From contig CAWGBN010000002.1 of the NCBI GenBank assembly GCA_963820825.1, forward strand, positions 96,001 to 160,000: a stretch of 64,000 nucleotides of DNA, written 5' to 3'. This DNA comes from Vulcanimicrobiota bacterium (lineage in GTDB: Bacteria; Vulcanimicrobiota; Vulcanimicrobiia; Vulcanimicrobiales; Vulcanimicrobiaceae). Numbering within the stretch: the first letter of the stretch is position 1; every line of letters begins with the position of its first letter. The position numbers and the translations under genes were made by a program. Positions 48,762 to 60,000 of the stretch are shown here, one piece after another. Under the pieces are notes generated by a model that was not told where the DNA came from, ran no database searches, and worked only from the letters and a program-made list of their open reading frames with translations.

Positions 48762-49769
48762 ATGACTCACTCTCTTCTTCGCGTGCGCAGGCAATTGTTA
48801 ACGGCAGCGTTGCTTGCGATCGTCACTCCGGCGATCGTAGCCTGCAGCGGGACCTCATCGTTTGCGCCCTCGGCGCAGACGCCGTCCGGCTCGGCAGTAT
48901 CGGACGGCGTACGCCACTTCGGCTCGACCTCATGGAACTTTTCAACGCTGGACGATCCGAACAATCCGTCGTACAGCGAGCTGCTCGGCATCAACAACGA
49001 AAAGAAGATCTGCGGCTACTATGGCGCCGGCACCACCGGCGATCCCGCCAACGGCTTCTGCCTCGCCGAGCAAGGTAACGCCCACTTCCGCCAGCACGAC
49101 TACCCTACCGCGCTAGACACCTACGTCACGTCGCTGAACAACACGAAGGCGTTCGCGGGCTGGTATTTGAGCAACTTCGGCCCGACCTTCGGCTTCATTA
49201 TGCAGCACGGGGTCTGGACGAGCTACAAAGATCTCAAGCTCCGCAAGGGGCACACGAATATCACCAAGATTCTCGGATTGAGCGACGCCGGTCTGGCCGT
49301 CGGCTTCTACGTTGACGATGCCGGCGTGAACCACGGATTCGAGCTCAACTCAACCGTCGCGAAGTATCACCCCATCGTCCCGCCCGGCGGCATCAGCGTC
49401 GAGGCGACCGGAATCAACGGCAAGGGTGATATCGTCGGCTTCATGACGACCGGGAACGGCGATACGAAGAGCTTCCTCTTAAAAGGAGGCAGCTTTACCA
49501 TCTTCGCCTATCCGAAATCCCAGAACACGCAGGCGCTCGGCGTCAACTGGCAGGACCAGGTCGTCGGCTCGTTCGTCGACGCCTCCGGGAACACGCACGC
49601 CTTCTTGTTGACCGATCCGCTGAGCCATCCGTCGTGGATGCAGATCGACGAACCCAAGGCCGCCGGACCGACCGTGCTCACGAGCCTGGAGAACCACGAC
49701 TATATGGTCGGGTACTACGTCGATAGCGTCGGGCACACCAACGGCTTCTTAGCGACGCCGGCAAAGTAG
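48762..49769 (+). CDS. HAF-like extracellular repeat lipoprotein
   Basis: AAGGA RBS; lipobox IVAC; GIN..G.IVG.Y.D..G..HGF repeats. Confidence 0.8.
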   Translation: MTHSLLRVRRQLLTAALLAIVTPAIVACSGTSSFAPSAQTPSGSAVSDGVRHFGSTSWNFSTLDDPNNPSYSELLGINNEKKICGYYGAGTTGDPANGFCLAEQGNAHFRQHDYPTALDTYVTSLNNTKAFAGWYLSNFGPTFGFIMQHGVWTSYKDLKLRKGHTNITKILGLSDAGLAVGFYVDDAGVNHGFELNSTVAKYHPIVPPGGISVEATGINGKGDIVGFMTTGNGDTKSFLLKGGSFTIFAYPKSQNTQALGVNWQDQVVGSFVDASGNTHAFLLTDPLSHPSWMQIDEPKAAGPTVLTSLENHDYMVGYYVDSVGHTNGFLATPAK

Positions 49770-49788
49770 GGCGGAGAACCCGCCCTAC
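49766..49788. terminator. Hairpin between convergent genes (terminator or REP-like)
   Basis: GTAGGGCGG-AGAAC-CCGCCCTAC, perfect 9-bp stem. Confidence 0.5.
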
Positions 49789-49803
49789 GCCCGTGCCCCG
49801 GGA

Positions 49804-51201
49804 CTACTCCGTATCGGGCGGGTAGTGGCTCGTGGGCTGGTGGAGGAAGAAATCCTTGCCGTATTTGGCCGGGATTACTTTGAACTTGCGCGGCGGTTGT
49901 GTGAAGTCGAACGCATCCGATTCCGGTGAGCGGCCCGCGCATCGCTGGCCGACAGCCGTCCGAGGCCGAACTGGTCTTCGATGAATCGCAGAATGCTGCC
50001 GTGCTCGTAGGGGACGTGAGACACGTAGCCCTTTCTTTGCATACGGTGAGATGATCAGCATCGGCAGCCGCAAGCCAAGTCCGTCGTAGTCGACGAAGGC
50101 AGGCGCGACCGGGATCGTACCATCCGCCGTAGTCGTCCCAGAAGATGAAGATGGCGGTCGAGTCCCAATACTTCGACTGTGCCGACGGCGTTGACCAGCG
50201 ACGTCTACCCACGACGGCCCGGTTTTGGAGCCGCTGCCGGCGTGGTCGGAGTTCTCCCACGTCGGCGTGATCCAGCTGACCGCCGGCAAATTGCCGTTCG
50301 AAAGGTCGTTGAAGACTTGCGTTTGCGGCGTGATGATTTCTCGTCTTCCAATCCGGACCGTTGTAGATGTGGTTGATCGCCTGATAGGCGCTCCAGATAC
50401 CCAGATCGCCGTTGACCGTCGCGGTGTAGAATCCCCACGAAACGCCCGCGCTGTCGAGCTCGTCTCCGAGGGTCGTCGGATCCCAGCACACGACTTCGTT
50501 CCCCGACGGAATCTGACGCTGCTGTCCGACCTGGAAATCTTATCGCCGGATCCACCGGGACAGCCCCAAGCACCGTCGGGATAGTTGACCGCCGATTCCG
50601 CCTGCCCGGAGATAATGTACTGGTGCGAAATGAAGCTGCTCGCGTCGAAGTTCGACGCGAACATTTGATCGGCCAGCACGTACTGCTTGGCCATTTCGAA
50701 ATAGGGCTTCGTTTCGGTGTGCGGCACGTAACTGTACGTTGGATTCGGGTTCGGGCAAGGGGGCCGGGACCGGCCGCCGCACCCGACGTACTCGTTGTTG
50801 AAGCCGTTCATCCGGCAGTTGGTACCGGGAATGCTTCCCGGTGCCGTTGCAGGCGGCAAAAAACGAGTTCGAGCTGTGGTCGATGTCCCAGGACGTTTCG
50901 AGGCCGACCGGCTGCAGCGTGATCTTTTGACCGCTGGAGTTGATAGCCGTACTTTGCCGTCTTCGCGCCGGGGAAACCGTAGAAGAGGTTGTTGAAGCTC
51001 GCGATTCTCTTGCACGATGATGATGACGTGTTGAATCTTGCCTCTGGCCGGATCGCGCAGCTCCTCGAGGACCGGCGGCGTACGCTGCGGCGCGGAGAGT
51101 GAGGCTAAGGGTAGGGCCGGAGCGGGGCCGGCCGGCGCACCGCCGCCGCAGGCCGTGAGGCCGGCGACGCCGGCGATGGCGAACGATAAGCGGCGAATCA
51201 T
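49804..51201 (-). pseudogene. Phosphoesterase/phospholipase C paralog with about 10 single-base indels (sequencing error or pseudogene)
   Basis: ATG 51201 overlaps the upstream stop; homology to 51198-52595 runs full length across three frames. Confidence 0.75.
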
Positions 51202-52595
51202 TGGTCGTCCGGGAGATGGTGATCGGAAGGTTGATGCATAAAGTAATCCTTGCTCAGTACCGTTGGGATTATTTTGAAGGTGCGCGGAGGCTGTTTGAAG
51301 TCGAACTCCTTGACGATGGAGTTGGCGCGCGTGTCGCTTGCCGAGAGACGCCCCAAACCGAACTGGTCTTCGATGAACTTGAGAATGCTGCCGTGTTCGT
51401 AGTGAACGTGCGCGACGCGGTTCTTCGCATATGGTGAGATGATCAGCATGGGAATCCGCATCCCCAAACCGTCGTAGTCTACGTAATCCGGCGGCTCGGG
51501 ATCGAACCAGCCGCCATAATCGTCCCAAAAGATGACGATCGCGGTGGAGTCCCAGTATTGCGATTGCCCGATAGCGTTGACCAGCGTCGCAACCCACTGC
51601 GGTCCGGAGGTCGAGCCGGAGCCGGCGTGGTCGGAGTTCGTCCAGGTTGGCGTCACCCAGCTCACTGTCCGCAGCTTTCCGTTATAGATGTCGTCGAGAA
51701 ACTGCGTCGGCGGGCTGAAGACGTCTTTCTTCCAATCAGGCCCGTAATAGATGTGTTTGATCGCCTGATAGGAGCTCCAGATCCAGGGATAGTTGGAGTA
51801 CGCGACCGCGTAGAAAGCCCACGAGAGACCGGCATTGTCGAGCTCGTCGCCGAGCGTGTTGGGATCCCAGCAGACGACTTCGTATCCGCTGGGAATCTGG
51901 CGTTTCTGGCCAACCGTGGCGATCATGTCGCCCGAGCCGCCCGGACACCCCCACGCGCTCCACGGAAAGTTCACCGCCGACACCGCCTGCCCGGCGATGA
52001 TGTATTGGTGCGAGATGAAGCTGCTCGCGTCGAAGTTCGACGCATACATTTGGTCGGCGAGCACGTACTGCTTGGCCATATCGAAGTACGGCTTCGTCTC
52101 GCTGTGCGGCACGTAGCTGTACGGCGGATTCTGATTCGGACACGGCGCGTAGTGCGCGCCGCAGCCGAAGCCTTCGTGGTCGAAGCCGTTCATCTGGCAA
52201 TTCGTTCCGGGAATGCTTCCCGTACCATTGCAGGCCGCGAAGAAGCCGGAGGAGTCGTGTTCGATGTCCCAGGTGGTGGCGAGGGTGATCGGCTGCAGCG
52301 TGATCTTCGTTCCGGAGGTATTGTAACCGTACTTCGCCGTGGTCGCTCCCCTAAAACCGTAGAAGAGGTTGTTGAACGAGCGGTTCTCTTGAACGATGAT
52401 CACGACGTGTTGAATCTTGCCCTTGGCCGCACGCCGCTGACGCATCGGCGCGACCAGCAACCGCGATGCAGCCGGTGGTTGAAGCGAGCCGAGCGGCAGA
52501 GCCGGTGGGGTCGCGCTCGAGCCGCCGTTACAGGCCGACAAGAGCGCGGCACAGGCCGCGGCGAGATACGCCGTATTTACACGCATCTTGCGCAT
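51198..52595 (-). CDS. Phosphoesterase / phospholipase C family lipoprotein
   Basis: Lipobox LSAC; QHVVIIVQENRSF, SFISHQY and WDDYGGW. Confidence 0.9.
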   Translation of the reverse strand: MRKMRVNTAYLAAACAALLSACNGGSSATPPALPLGSLQPPAASRLLVAPMRQRRAAKGKIQHVVIIVQENRSFNNLFYGFRGATTAKYGYNTSGTKITLQPITLATTWDIEHDSSGFFAACNGTGSIPGTNCQMNGFDHEGFGCGAHYAPCPNQNPPYSYVPHSETKPYFDMAKQYVLADQMYASNFDASSFISHQYIIAGQAVSAVNFPWSAWGCPGGSGDMIATVGQKRQIPSGYEVVCWDPNTLGDELDNAGLSWAFYAVAYSNYPWIWSSYQAIKHIYYGPDWKKDVFSPPTQFLDDIYNGKLRTVSWVTPTWTNSDHAGSGSTSGPQWVATLVNAIGQSQYWDSTAIVIFWDDYGGWFDPEPPDYVDYDGLGMRIPMLIISPYAKNRVAHVHYEHGSILKFIEDQFGLGRLSASDTRANSIVKEFDFKQPPRTFKIIPTVLSKDYFMHQPSDHHLPDDQ

Positions 52596-52622
52596 GCGCT
52601 TACTCCTTGCGATTTGGTGAGT

Positions 52623-54050
52623 TTACTCTTCGTCGGGCCAGCGATTGTCGGGCGGCTGGTGCAGGAAGTACTCCTTGTCCAACACCGACGGAATCACTTG
52701 GAACGCGCGTGGCGGCTTCTTGAAGTTGAAGCAGTCTTTCTCCGGCGACGTGGCACGCGTGTCGCTTGCGGCCAGGCGCCCGAGACCGAACTGGTCCTCG
52801 ACGAACCTTAGAATGCTTCCATGCTCGTAGTGCACGTGCGAAACGAAGCGCTTCTTCGCATAGGGTGAGACGATGATCATCGGAATCCGCAGGCCGAGCC
52901 CGTCGTAGTCGGCGTAGGCCGGCGCCTCAGGATCGTACCAGCCGCCGTAATCGTCCCAGAAGATGAAGATTGCGGTCGAATCCCAGTACTGCGACTCGCC
53001 GATCGCGTTGACCAGCGACGCAACCCAAGCCGGACCGGTGTTCGCGTTGCAGCCGGCGTGGTCGGAGTTCTCGCAGGTTGGGGTGATCCAGCTGATTTGA
53101 CGGAGCTTTCCGTTCGACACGTCGTTGAAGAACTGCGTCTGCGGGGTGATGACGTCGCTCTTCCAATCGGAGCCGTAGTATACGTAGCGATTCGCTTGAT
53201 AGGCGCTCCAGATGTTGCCGTCGCCGTTGAGCGAGGCCGTGTAGAACGCCCAGGTCACGCCCGCTTCATCGGCTTCTTGACCGAGGGACGTGTCGTTATA
53301 ACAGGCTTGTTGATAGCCGTACGGCACCTGGCGATCGGGGCCGACGGTCGAGATCATGTCGCCCGAACCGCCGTCGCAGCCCCACGCACCCCACGGGTAG
53401 TTTACCGACGACTCGGCCTGTCCGGCGATGATGTACTGGTGCGAGATGAAGCTGCTTGCGTCGAAGTTCGACGCGTACATTTGATCGGCGACGACGTACT
53501 GCTTGCCCATCGCAAAATAGGGCTTCGTCTCGGAGTGCGGGACGTAGCTGTACTGCGGGTGCGAGTTCGGACACGGCGGCCCGCCGCTATGTCCGCAGCC
53601 GACCCACTCGCGATTGAAGCCGTTCATTTTGCAGTCCGTGCCGGGGATGCTGCCCGTGCCGTTGCACGCCTGGAAGAACGAAGTCGAGCTATGGTCGAGA
53701 TCCCAGATCGTCTTCAGGCTGACCGGCTTGAGCTCGATCTGGTTACCGTTGGAGTCGTAGCCGTACTTGGCGGTGGTTGCACCGGGAAAGCCGTAGAGCA
53801 AGTTATTAAAAGAACGATTCTCTTGAACGATGATGACGACGTGCTTGATCTTGCCGCTCGCGGTGTGATGGCGATGGAAGGGCTCCACCGCTTCGGTAGC
53901 GCGGGGCGCCGATTGCAGAAAAGCCGGAAGACCCGGCGCGCTGCCGGCAACGCCGTTGCCGGCGGGGATACTGGAACCGTTGCAGGCCGAAAGTAAGAGC
54001 ACCGCGGCCGCAACGGCGAGCGGCCGGCTCAAGGGTGGATTACAACGCAT
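52623..54050 (-). CDS. Phosphoesterase / phospholipase C family lipoprotein
   Basis: GAGGAG RBS; lipobox LSAC; same motifs as its neighbour. Confidence 0.9.
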   Translation of the reverse strand: MRCNPPLSRPLAVAAAVLLLSACNGSSIPAGNGVAGSAPGLPAFLQSAPRATEAVEPFHRHHTASGKIKHVVIIVQENRSFNNLLYGFPGATTAKYGYDSNGNQIELKPVSLKTIWDLDHSSTSFFQACNGTGSIPGTDCKMNGFNREWVGCGHSGGPPCPNSHPQYSYVPHSETKPYFAMGKQYVVADQMYASNFDASSFISHQYIIAGQAESSVNYPWGAWGCDGGSGDMISTVGPDRQVPYGYQQACYNDTSLGQEADEAGVTWAFYTASLNGDGNIWSAYQANRYVYYGSDWKSDVITPQTQFFNDVSNGKLRQISWITPTCENSDHAGCNANTGPAWVASLVNAIGESQYWDSTAIFIFWDDYGGWYDPEAPAYADYDGLGLRIPMIIVSPYAKKRFVSHVHYEHGSILRFVEDQFGLGRLAASDTRATSPEKDCFNFKKPPRAFQVIPSVLDKEYFLHQPPDNRWPDEE

Positions 54051-54133
54051 GCGCGTCTCCTCAAATAGCAGGGTGGCCTAAGCCACGTTACGACGTTTCA
54101 AGCAGAAGTCCCAGGCCAAGAAAATGACGTGAA

Positions 54134-54547
54134 TCAACTTCCGCGATCGAAGACCATCCGAACGCTCGTGCCGTCCGACGTGTCGATGGTGAGTTGAGCC
54201 GCGATCGCTCGGATGATTCGCAGACCGAATCCTCGACCCGGCACCGGACGGCGCTCGACGAACGATCCGTTATCGGAAACGACGACGCAGAGCCGGCCGT
54301 TGCGATCGAGTTTCGCGCGAAGTTCGAGATAGCGCTCGGTTGTCTTACGGCTCCGCGCATAGGCGTGTTCGACGATATTCGCCAGCGCCTCGCCGGCGGC
54401 GGTGGTAATATCTTCAAGCGATTGCCGCTCGAACTCGAGCGCCTGCAAGAAGGCCGCAAGCGCGTGACGGACCGGCGCCACGTAGCGCGATTGCGCCGGA
54501 CAGCGAAGGCGGAGCTGCGACGCGCCGCTTACGACTCTTTCCCGCAC
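54134..54547 (-). CDS. RsbW-like anti-sigma factor / Ser kinase (HATPase)
   Basis: EALANIVEHAY, VSDNG and GRGFGLRII. Confidence 0.85.
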   Translation of the reverse strand: MRERVVSGASQLRLRCPAQSRYVAPVRHALAAFLQALEFERQSLEDITTAAGEALANIVEHAYARSRKTTERYLELRAKLDRNGRLCVVVSDNGSFVERRPVPGRGFGLRIIRAIAAQLTIDTSDGTSVRMVFDRGS

Positions 54548-54864
54548 TCGCCGAGATACTCCATCGCTTCGCCGGTCTCGCCGAAGACCTTAAACGCGCT
54601 CGCGAGCCCCGCGTATTGGACGAGCCGAGCGAACTGCGGCGTGCGAATGACCAACGCGACCGGGCGGTCGTTGCGGCTGGCATCGGCGCAGAAACGCAAC
54701 AGCTCGGTCAGCGCGATCGAATCGGCGTAGGTTACTTCGCCCAGATCGAGCAGAACGGCGCCGCTGCCGTCGGCGAGCGCGAGCGCGTCGCGGATCTCGC
54801 TCTTTCGCCCGATCTCGAGTTCGCCGCTCAACCGAATGACCTTGATCGTATCGCTCTCTTTCAC
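54529..54864 (-). CDS. STAS anti-anti-sigma factor (RsbV-like)
   Basis: LSGELEI and LDLGEVTYADS; GTG 54864 overlaps the upstream stop. Confidence 0.85.
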   Translation of the reverse strand: MKESDTIKVIRLSGELEIGRKSEIRDALALADGSGAVLLDLGEVTYADSIALTELLRFCADASRNDRPVALVIRTPQFARLVQYAGLASAFKVFGETGEAMEYLGECGKES

Positions 54865-56315
54865 GCAATCCTCCGAGGTGACTCTGCCGTCGCCGATGGC
54901 TCCCACAATCGCGCCGTGAGGATCGCGATGTCGTCGGCAACCCGCCGCCGGCTGAAGATCCGGTCGCGAATGGCCTTGGCGGCCAGGCCGCGCGGTGCTG
55001 CGGCCGCCGACTCGATGGCCTCCATCAAGACTGCCTCTCCTCCCATCAAATCGCGCGAGTGCTCGATCACGCCGTCGGTATAGAGAACGATCATCGCACC
55101 CGGAACCGTCGCCGTCGTGCGGGTCGCGTACTCGGTATTCGCCGAAACCCCGAGCGGCAACCCACCGAACTCCAGGAGCGTCGCGGTGCGCCCGGGCTCC
55201 AGGAGTATCGGCGGCGGATGGCCCGCGACGGCATAGCTCACCTCGTACGTTCGCGTATCGACGACCGCGCAGACCGCGGTGATCAGCGGCGACCTCCCGC
55301 GAACGAGCTCCAGGTTCGCCCGAGCGAGGATCGCCGATGGATTGGCATCGATCAGCGCCGAGCCGTTGAGGAGCTGACGCGCCTTATTCATGGCGATCAC
55401 GGCATCGATGCCGTGTCCGGTGACGTCGCCGATGACGAGCAAGACGCGCTCCTGCGGCAACTGCAGCGCGTCGTACCAATCGCCGCCAACCTTCGACTCT
55501 TCGGTTGCCGGCAGATAGGTGGCACTGAAGCTCATCGTCGGCAAATTCGGAAAAATGCGCTCCGAGAAGGCCTGCTGGAGCGTGTCGGCGATGCGTTTCT
55601 CCGCCGCGTAGGCCGCGCTCGCCTCAACCGACCGCCGGCGTTCCGCTTCAGACGTGACGCGTTCGCGTTCGAGCCGTTCTCCGAGACGGTACTGTTGCAC
55701 CGTGAAGATCAGCGCGGCGAGAACGATCGCGACGACCGAGGCGAGGGCGAGCGCCCCGACCGAAAGAATGGCGCGCTGGGCGCGCATGTCGACGAGCGAG
55801 CCGCGACGCGCCAGCGCGTCGTCGACGGCAGCGCCGTCGGCACGAATGCGATCGACGAGCGCCTTTCCCCGCAACTCGATGCGTTCGTGCGGCCCCCGCG
55901 TGAGGATGAGCGGCACCGCGACCTCGTGCAACCAACGGCGATTGGTCTCAATCGCGTCGCGCAGCGCGGGCTCCGCCTCGGTTACGTCCAAACGTTCCAG
56001 ATCCGAGCGGATCCGCTGCGCGGCAGCGGGGAAGGCATTGCGCCCCAGATAGTACGGCGCGAGCAAGATCGGCTCGCGAGCGGCGACGTAACCGCGCATG
56101 CCGGTCTCCTCGTCGAGCTGGGCGTTGAGCAGATCCGCGACGTGCATACGTGACGCGCGAATGCCCTCGGCGTCGCGGAACGACGACCGGACGATCTCGC
56201 GAACGAAGAGACCGGCGGCAACGAGCAGCGCGACGACGAGCACCATGAACGCGAGCGTGAACGCGAGCGGTGCGTGGCGGTGCGGATTTGCCGAAGGAAG
56301 CGCTTCAGTGCCCAA
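54861..56315 (-). CDS. Membrane sensor (CHASE3-like) SpoIIE/PP2C phosphatase (RsbU-like)
   Basis: TM, DEETGMRGY..L.PY, TM; VGGDWYD, GDVTGHG, AGHPPP, YTDGV and DDIA; start approximate. Confidence 0.85.
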   Translation of the reverse strand: MGTEALPSANPHRHAPLAFTLAFMVLVVALLVAAGLFVREIVRSSFRDAEGIRASRMHVADLLNAQLDEETGMRGYVAAREPILLAPYYLGRNAFPAAAQRIRSDLERLDVTEAEPALRDAIETNRRWLHEVAVPLILTRGPHERIELRGKALVDRIRADGAAVDDALARRGSLVDMRAQRAILSVGALALASVVAIVLAALIFTVQQYRLGERLERERVTSEAERRRSVEASAAYAAEKRIADTLQQAFSERIFPNLPTMSFSATYLPATEESKVGGDWYDALQLPQERVLLVIGDVTGHGIDAVIAMNKARQLLNGSALIDANPSAILARANLELVRGRSPLITAVCAVVDTRTYEVSYAVAGHPPPILLEPGRTATLLEFGGLPLGVSANTEYATRTTATVPGAMIVLYTDGVIEHSRDLMGGEAVLMEAIESAAAAPRGLAAKAIRDRIFSRRRVADDIAILTARLWEPSATAESPRRIA

Positions 56316-56465
56316 GGTGCCATCCGTGTTGGGGACAGCGATAGGGTCGCAGGCGCAGCGCCCTCGGCGGTATCGCCCGCTCCGCCGCCTTCTTCGTTTC
56401 GAAAGCAGTCTTTGGCGCCCCGATTCGCGTGAAGCACGAACGCGGACCGCCAAGCTTGCGCGCGC

Positions 56466-56945
56466 TCACTCTTCACCGTCGAAATAATCGAGCGGCTCCG
56501 AACGCAGCGAGCGCCGCTGCGGTGATTGAACGCCCCATTTGTTGCTGTCGGGGTAGTACCACGACTCGCCGATCGGATTGTCGGCTACGACGTACAACAC
56601 CAGATCGCCGGAGCCGTCGTTGAAGAATTGGTGGGCTTCGCCGGGACCGAAGATGCAGGCGTCGCCGGCGGCGACGGGCGTCGTACCGGCGTCGTGGCGC
56701 ACGGTTCCGCTGCCGGAGATGACGTGGTAAAACTCCCATTGCGCGCTATGCGAGTGATAGGGGTAGGGCGCCTTGCCCGGCGGTATGCGAAGAATTTCGA
56801 CGTCAAAGGGATGACGGTCGCGCAGCTTGGCCGACTCCGGATTGCGGCCGAGCGCCTCGGATACTTCGATGCCTTCCCCCGCGAAGGTCCCTTTGGGTGA
56901 AGACCACGCAAGCGGCTTCAGCTCGTTCGTGTTGACCTTCTGCAT
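56466..56945 (-). CDS. Cupin-domain protein
   Basis: PYHSH...EFYHVISGSG, AHQFFN and YYPDSNK. Confidence 0.85.
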   Translation of the reverse strand: MQKVNTNELKPLAWSSPKGTFAGEGIEVSEALGRNPESAKLRDRHPFDVEILRIPPGKAPYPYHSHSAQWEFYHVISGSGTVRHDAGTTPVAAGDACIFGPGEAHQFFNDGSGDLVLYVVADNPIGESWYYPDSNKWGVQSPQRRSLRSEPLDYFDGEE

Positions 56946-57006
56946 CGTTGCCGAAATTTATAAGGTGGCCGCTAGGAAGTTCCTTCTGGGCGCCGAGCGG
57001 CCGCCT

Positions 57007-60000
57007 TCAATGGAAGCTATGAACGGCGAGGGTCCGGGTGATGCCTTCGTCGTCGAAGCTCCAGATTTTCTTGGCGAGAAGATCGATGCAACCGGCCTCT
57101 TTTTGCAGCGTTCCTTCGACGATGAGCGTCGACGACGATCGAATCGGGCGCCGATAGGTTTCGTAGACGTCGGGGCGCACGATGACGTTGACGATTCCGG
57201 TCTCATCTTCGAGCGTCAAAAAAACGAAACCCTTGGCGGTGCCCGGGCGCTGGCGCGTGATCACCAGTCCGCCGGCACGGCAGAGCGCATTACGCGCGAG
57301 GCCGGCCAGCTGCGCGGCCGGAACGACCCGCTGCGCGGCGAGATGCTCGCGAAAGTACTCGATCACTTGACCCGACGGCGTGACGCCCGTCGACCAGAGA
57401 TCGAAGGCGACGAGTCGCTTGCGCGAGGGCGATTCGAACTCTACCGCGGGCTCGTCTAAATCCATGAGCGCGCCGAGCTCACCGCGCGCTTGGCGTTCGT
57501 CGAGGCCGCGCAGCGCCCACATCGCCGCGCGACGCGAGACGTACCAGGGTGCGAAGGCGCCCGCGATCGCGAGGTTCTCGAGCGTCTCGCGCTCGAGTTG
57601 CGTGCGTCGCGCGAAGGCGAGCACGTCGTCGAAGGGTCCCTGCGCGATCGCCGTCTCCAAACGTTTGCGTCCAACCTCGCCCAAGCCGCGTACGAGATGA
57701 AACCCCAACCGCAAAGCACCGTCGCGCTCGACGCCCGACCAATACTCGCTCGCGTTGACTTCGATCGGCTTGATCGCGACGCCGTGGCGGCGCGCGTCGT
57801 TGACGAGCACTTCGGTCGAGTAAAAGCCCATCGGCTGCACGTTGAGAATCGCCGCGGCAAAGACGGCGGGAAGGTGGCACTTCAGATAGGCCGATGCGTA
57901 GGCCAAGAGCGCGAAGCTCGCGGCATGCGACTCCGGGAAGCCGTAATCGGCAAATCCCTCGAGCATGTGAAAGAGCTGCTCGGCGGCGGGGCGGTCGATA
58001 CCGTTTGCGACCATGCCGTCGACGAGCTTGGCGTGCATCGCCTCCATCCGCTCGCGCGAACGCTTATGTCCCATCGCGCGGCGAAGCTGATCGGCCTCGC
58101 CGGGCGAAAAGCCGGCCGCCTCGATCGCCATTCGCATTCCTTGCTCTTGAAAGAGCGGGACCCCGAGCGTGCGCTCCAATACGGGCTTGAGTTTGGGATG
58201 CGGATAGGTGACGGGTTCGGCGCCCGATCGCCGGCGCAGAAATGGATGGATCATCTGCCCTTGAATCGGCCCGGGCCGAATGATCGCGACCTGCATCACG
58301 ATGTCGTAAAAGCAGGCCGGTTTCAATCGCGGAAGCATCGATTGCTGCGCGCGGGATTCGATCTGAAAGACGCCGATCGTATCGGCGCGCTGCATCATCG
58401 CGTACGTCGCTGGATCGCCGGCGGGAATCGTATGCAGCTCGAGATCTCCGGCAACGGCCGGCGGCAGCCACGGATCGCCGCGCGCGACGCAGCGCCGATA
58501 GATCGTGAAGGCTTCCCGTAAGAGCGAGAGCATCCCCAAGCCGAGCAAGTCGATCTTGATCAAACCGAGATCTTGAAGGTCGTCTTTATCCCATTGCACG
58601 ACGGTGCGATCCCGCATCGTCGCCCACTCGACCGGTGCGACCTGCACGAGCGGATCGCGCGTGATCAGCATGCCGCCGGAATGAATCCCGAGATGGCGCG
58701 GAAAGTTCGCGATCCGGCGGCAGAGCACAAAGAGCATCTCCGTGGAGTCAGGCAGCGTTTCGCGCGCGTCGAACTCTCGCGCGATTTCGCCGACGGCCTC
58801 AAGCGAGAGTCCCAGCGCCTTGCCGACGTCGCGAATTGCCGAACGCGTCCGGTAGCTGATTACCTCGGCGACCATCGCCGCGTTCGCCCGGCCGTACCGT
58901 TCGTAGACGTATTGAATAACGCGCTCGCGATCTTGATGGGCGAAGTCGATGTCGATGTCGGGAATCTCGCGCCGCTCTTCCGACATGAAACGCTCGAAGA
59001 GCAAGTTCATCGCAATCGGATCGACCGCCGTGATGCCGAGCGCGTAGCAGACCGCGGAGTTCGCCGCCGAACCCCGCCCCTGGCAGAGCACGCCGAGCCG
59101 GGCGGCTTCGCGCACGATGTCCCAGACGATCAAAAAGTATCCGGCCAGATCCATCTTGGCGATGAGGCCGAGCTCGTATTCGAGCTGCCGCTCGACTTTG
59201 GTTTCGAGCGGCATCGGGTAACGCTTCGCCGCGCCTTCGTAGACGAGCCGGCGAAGGTAACGCTGCGGCGAGCTTCCTTCGGGCACTGGAAAGAGCGGAA
59301 ACTGTCCGGCCAGCCGCTCGAGCCGAAAACGGCATCGCTGCGCGATCGCGACGCTGGCGGCAACGGCCTCGGGGTATTGCGCGAAGAGCCGGCGCATGGC
59401 GCCCGGCGATTTGAGATGGTATTCGGCATTGGGGCGCAGGGCGTTGGCAGCGCGCGCCGCTTCGAGCGTCGTGCCGTCGCGCACGCAGGAGAGCACGTCG
59501 GCGACGAGCGCGTCGTCCTTTGCTGCATAGACGGCCCCGTTGGTCGCAACGTAAGGCACGCCGCATTCGCGGGCGAGCGCAACGAGCCGCACGTTATACC
59601 GCGTCTCTCGCGGAGTTAGATGCTGCTGGAGCTCGAGATAGAAGCGCTCGCCGAAGAGCGACTTGTACGTTGCGATCCGCGCGCGATCGGCGCGACCGAA
59701 CTCACCGCCGCAGAGCGCGATCAAACCGCCGCTGCGGCCTTGAAGATCGTCTAAGCGCAGTCGCGCGTCGCCCTTTCGGCCGCGCATCTGCGCGCGCGAG
59801 ATCAGTTCGCAGAGATGCGCGTAGCCCGGCTCGTCTTCGACCAGGAGTACGATGCGCGCCCCGTCCTCAAAGGTGAGCTCGCTGCCGAGAATCGCGGCGA
59901 TTCCACGCCGGCGAGCGCAGCTCGAAAAACGCACCGCGCCGTAGAGACCGTCGCGATCCGTGAGCGCGATTGCGTGCAATCCCAACTCGGCGGCACGCTC

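Noticed and set aside
49766..49788. GTAG-initiated hairpin as a REP element family
   Set aside because: Only one copy noticed and no RAYT transposase in the window; a bidirectional terminator explains it
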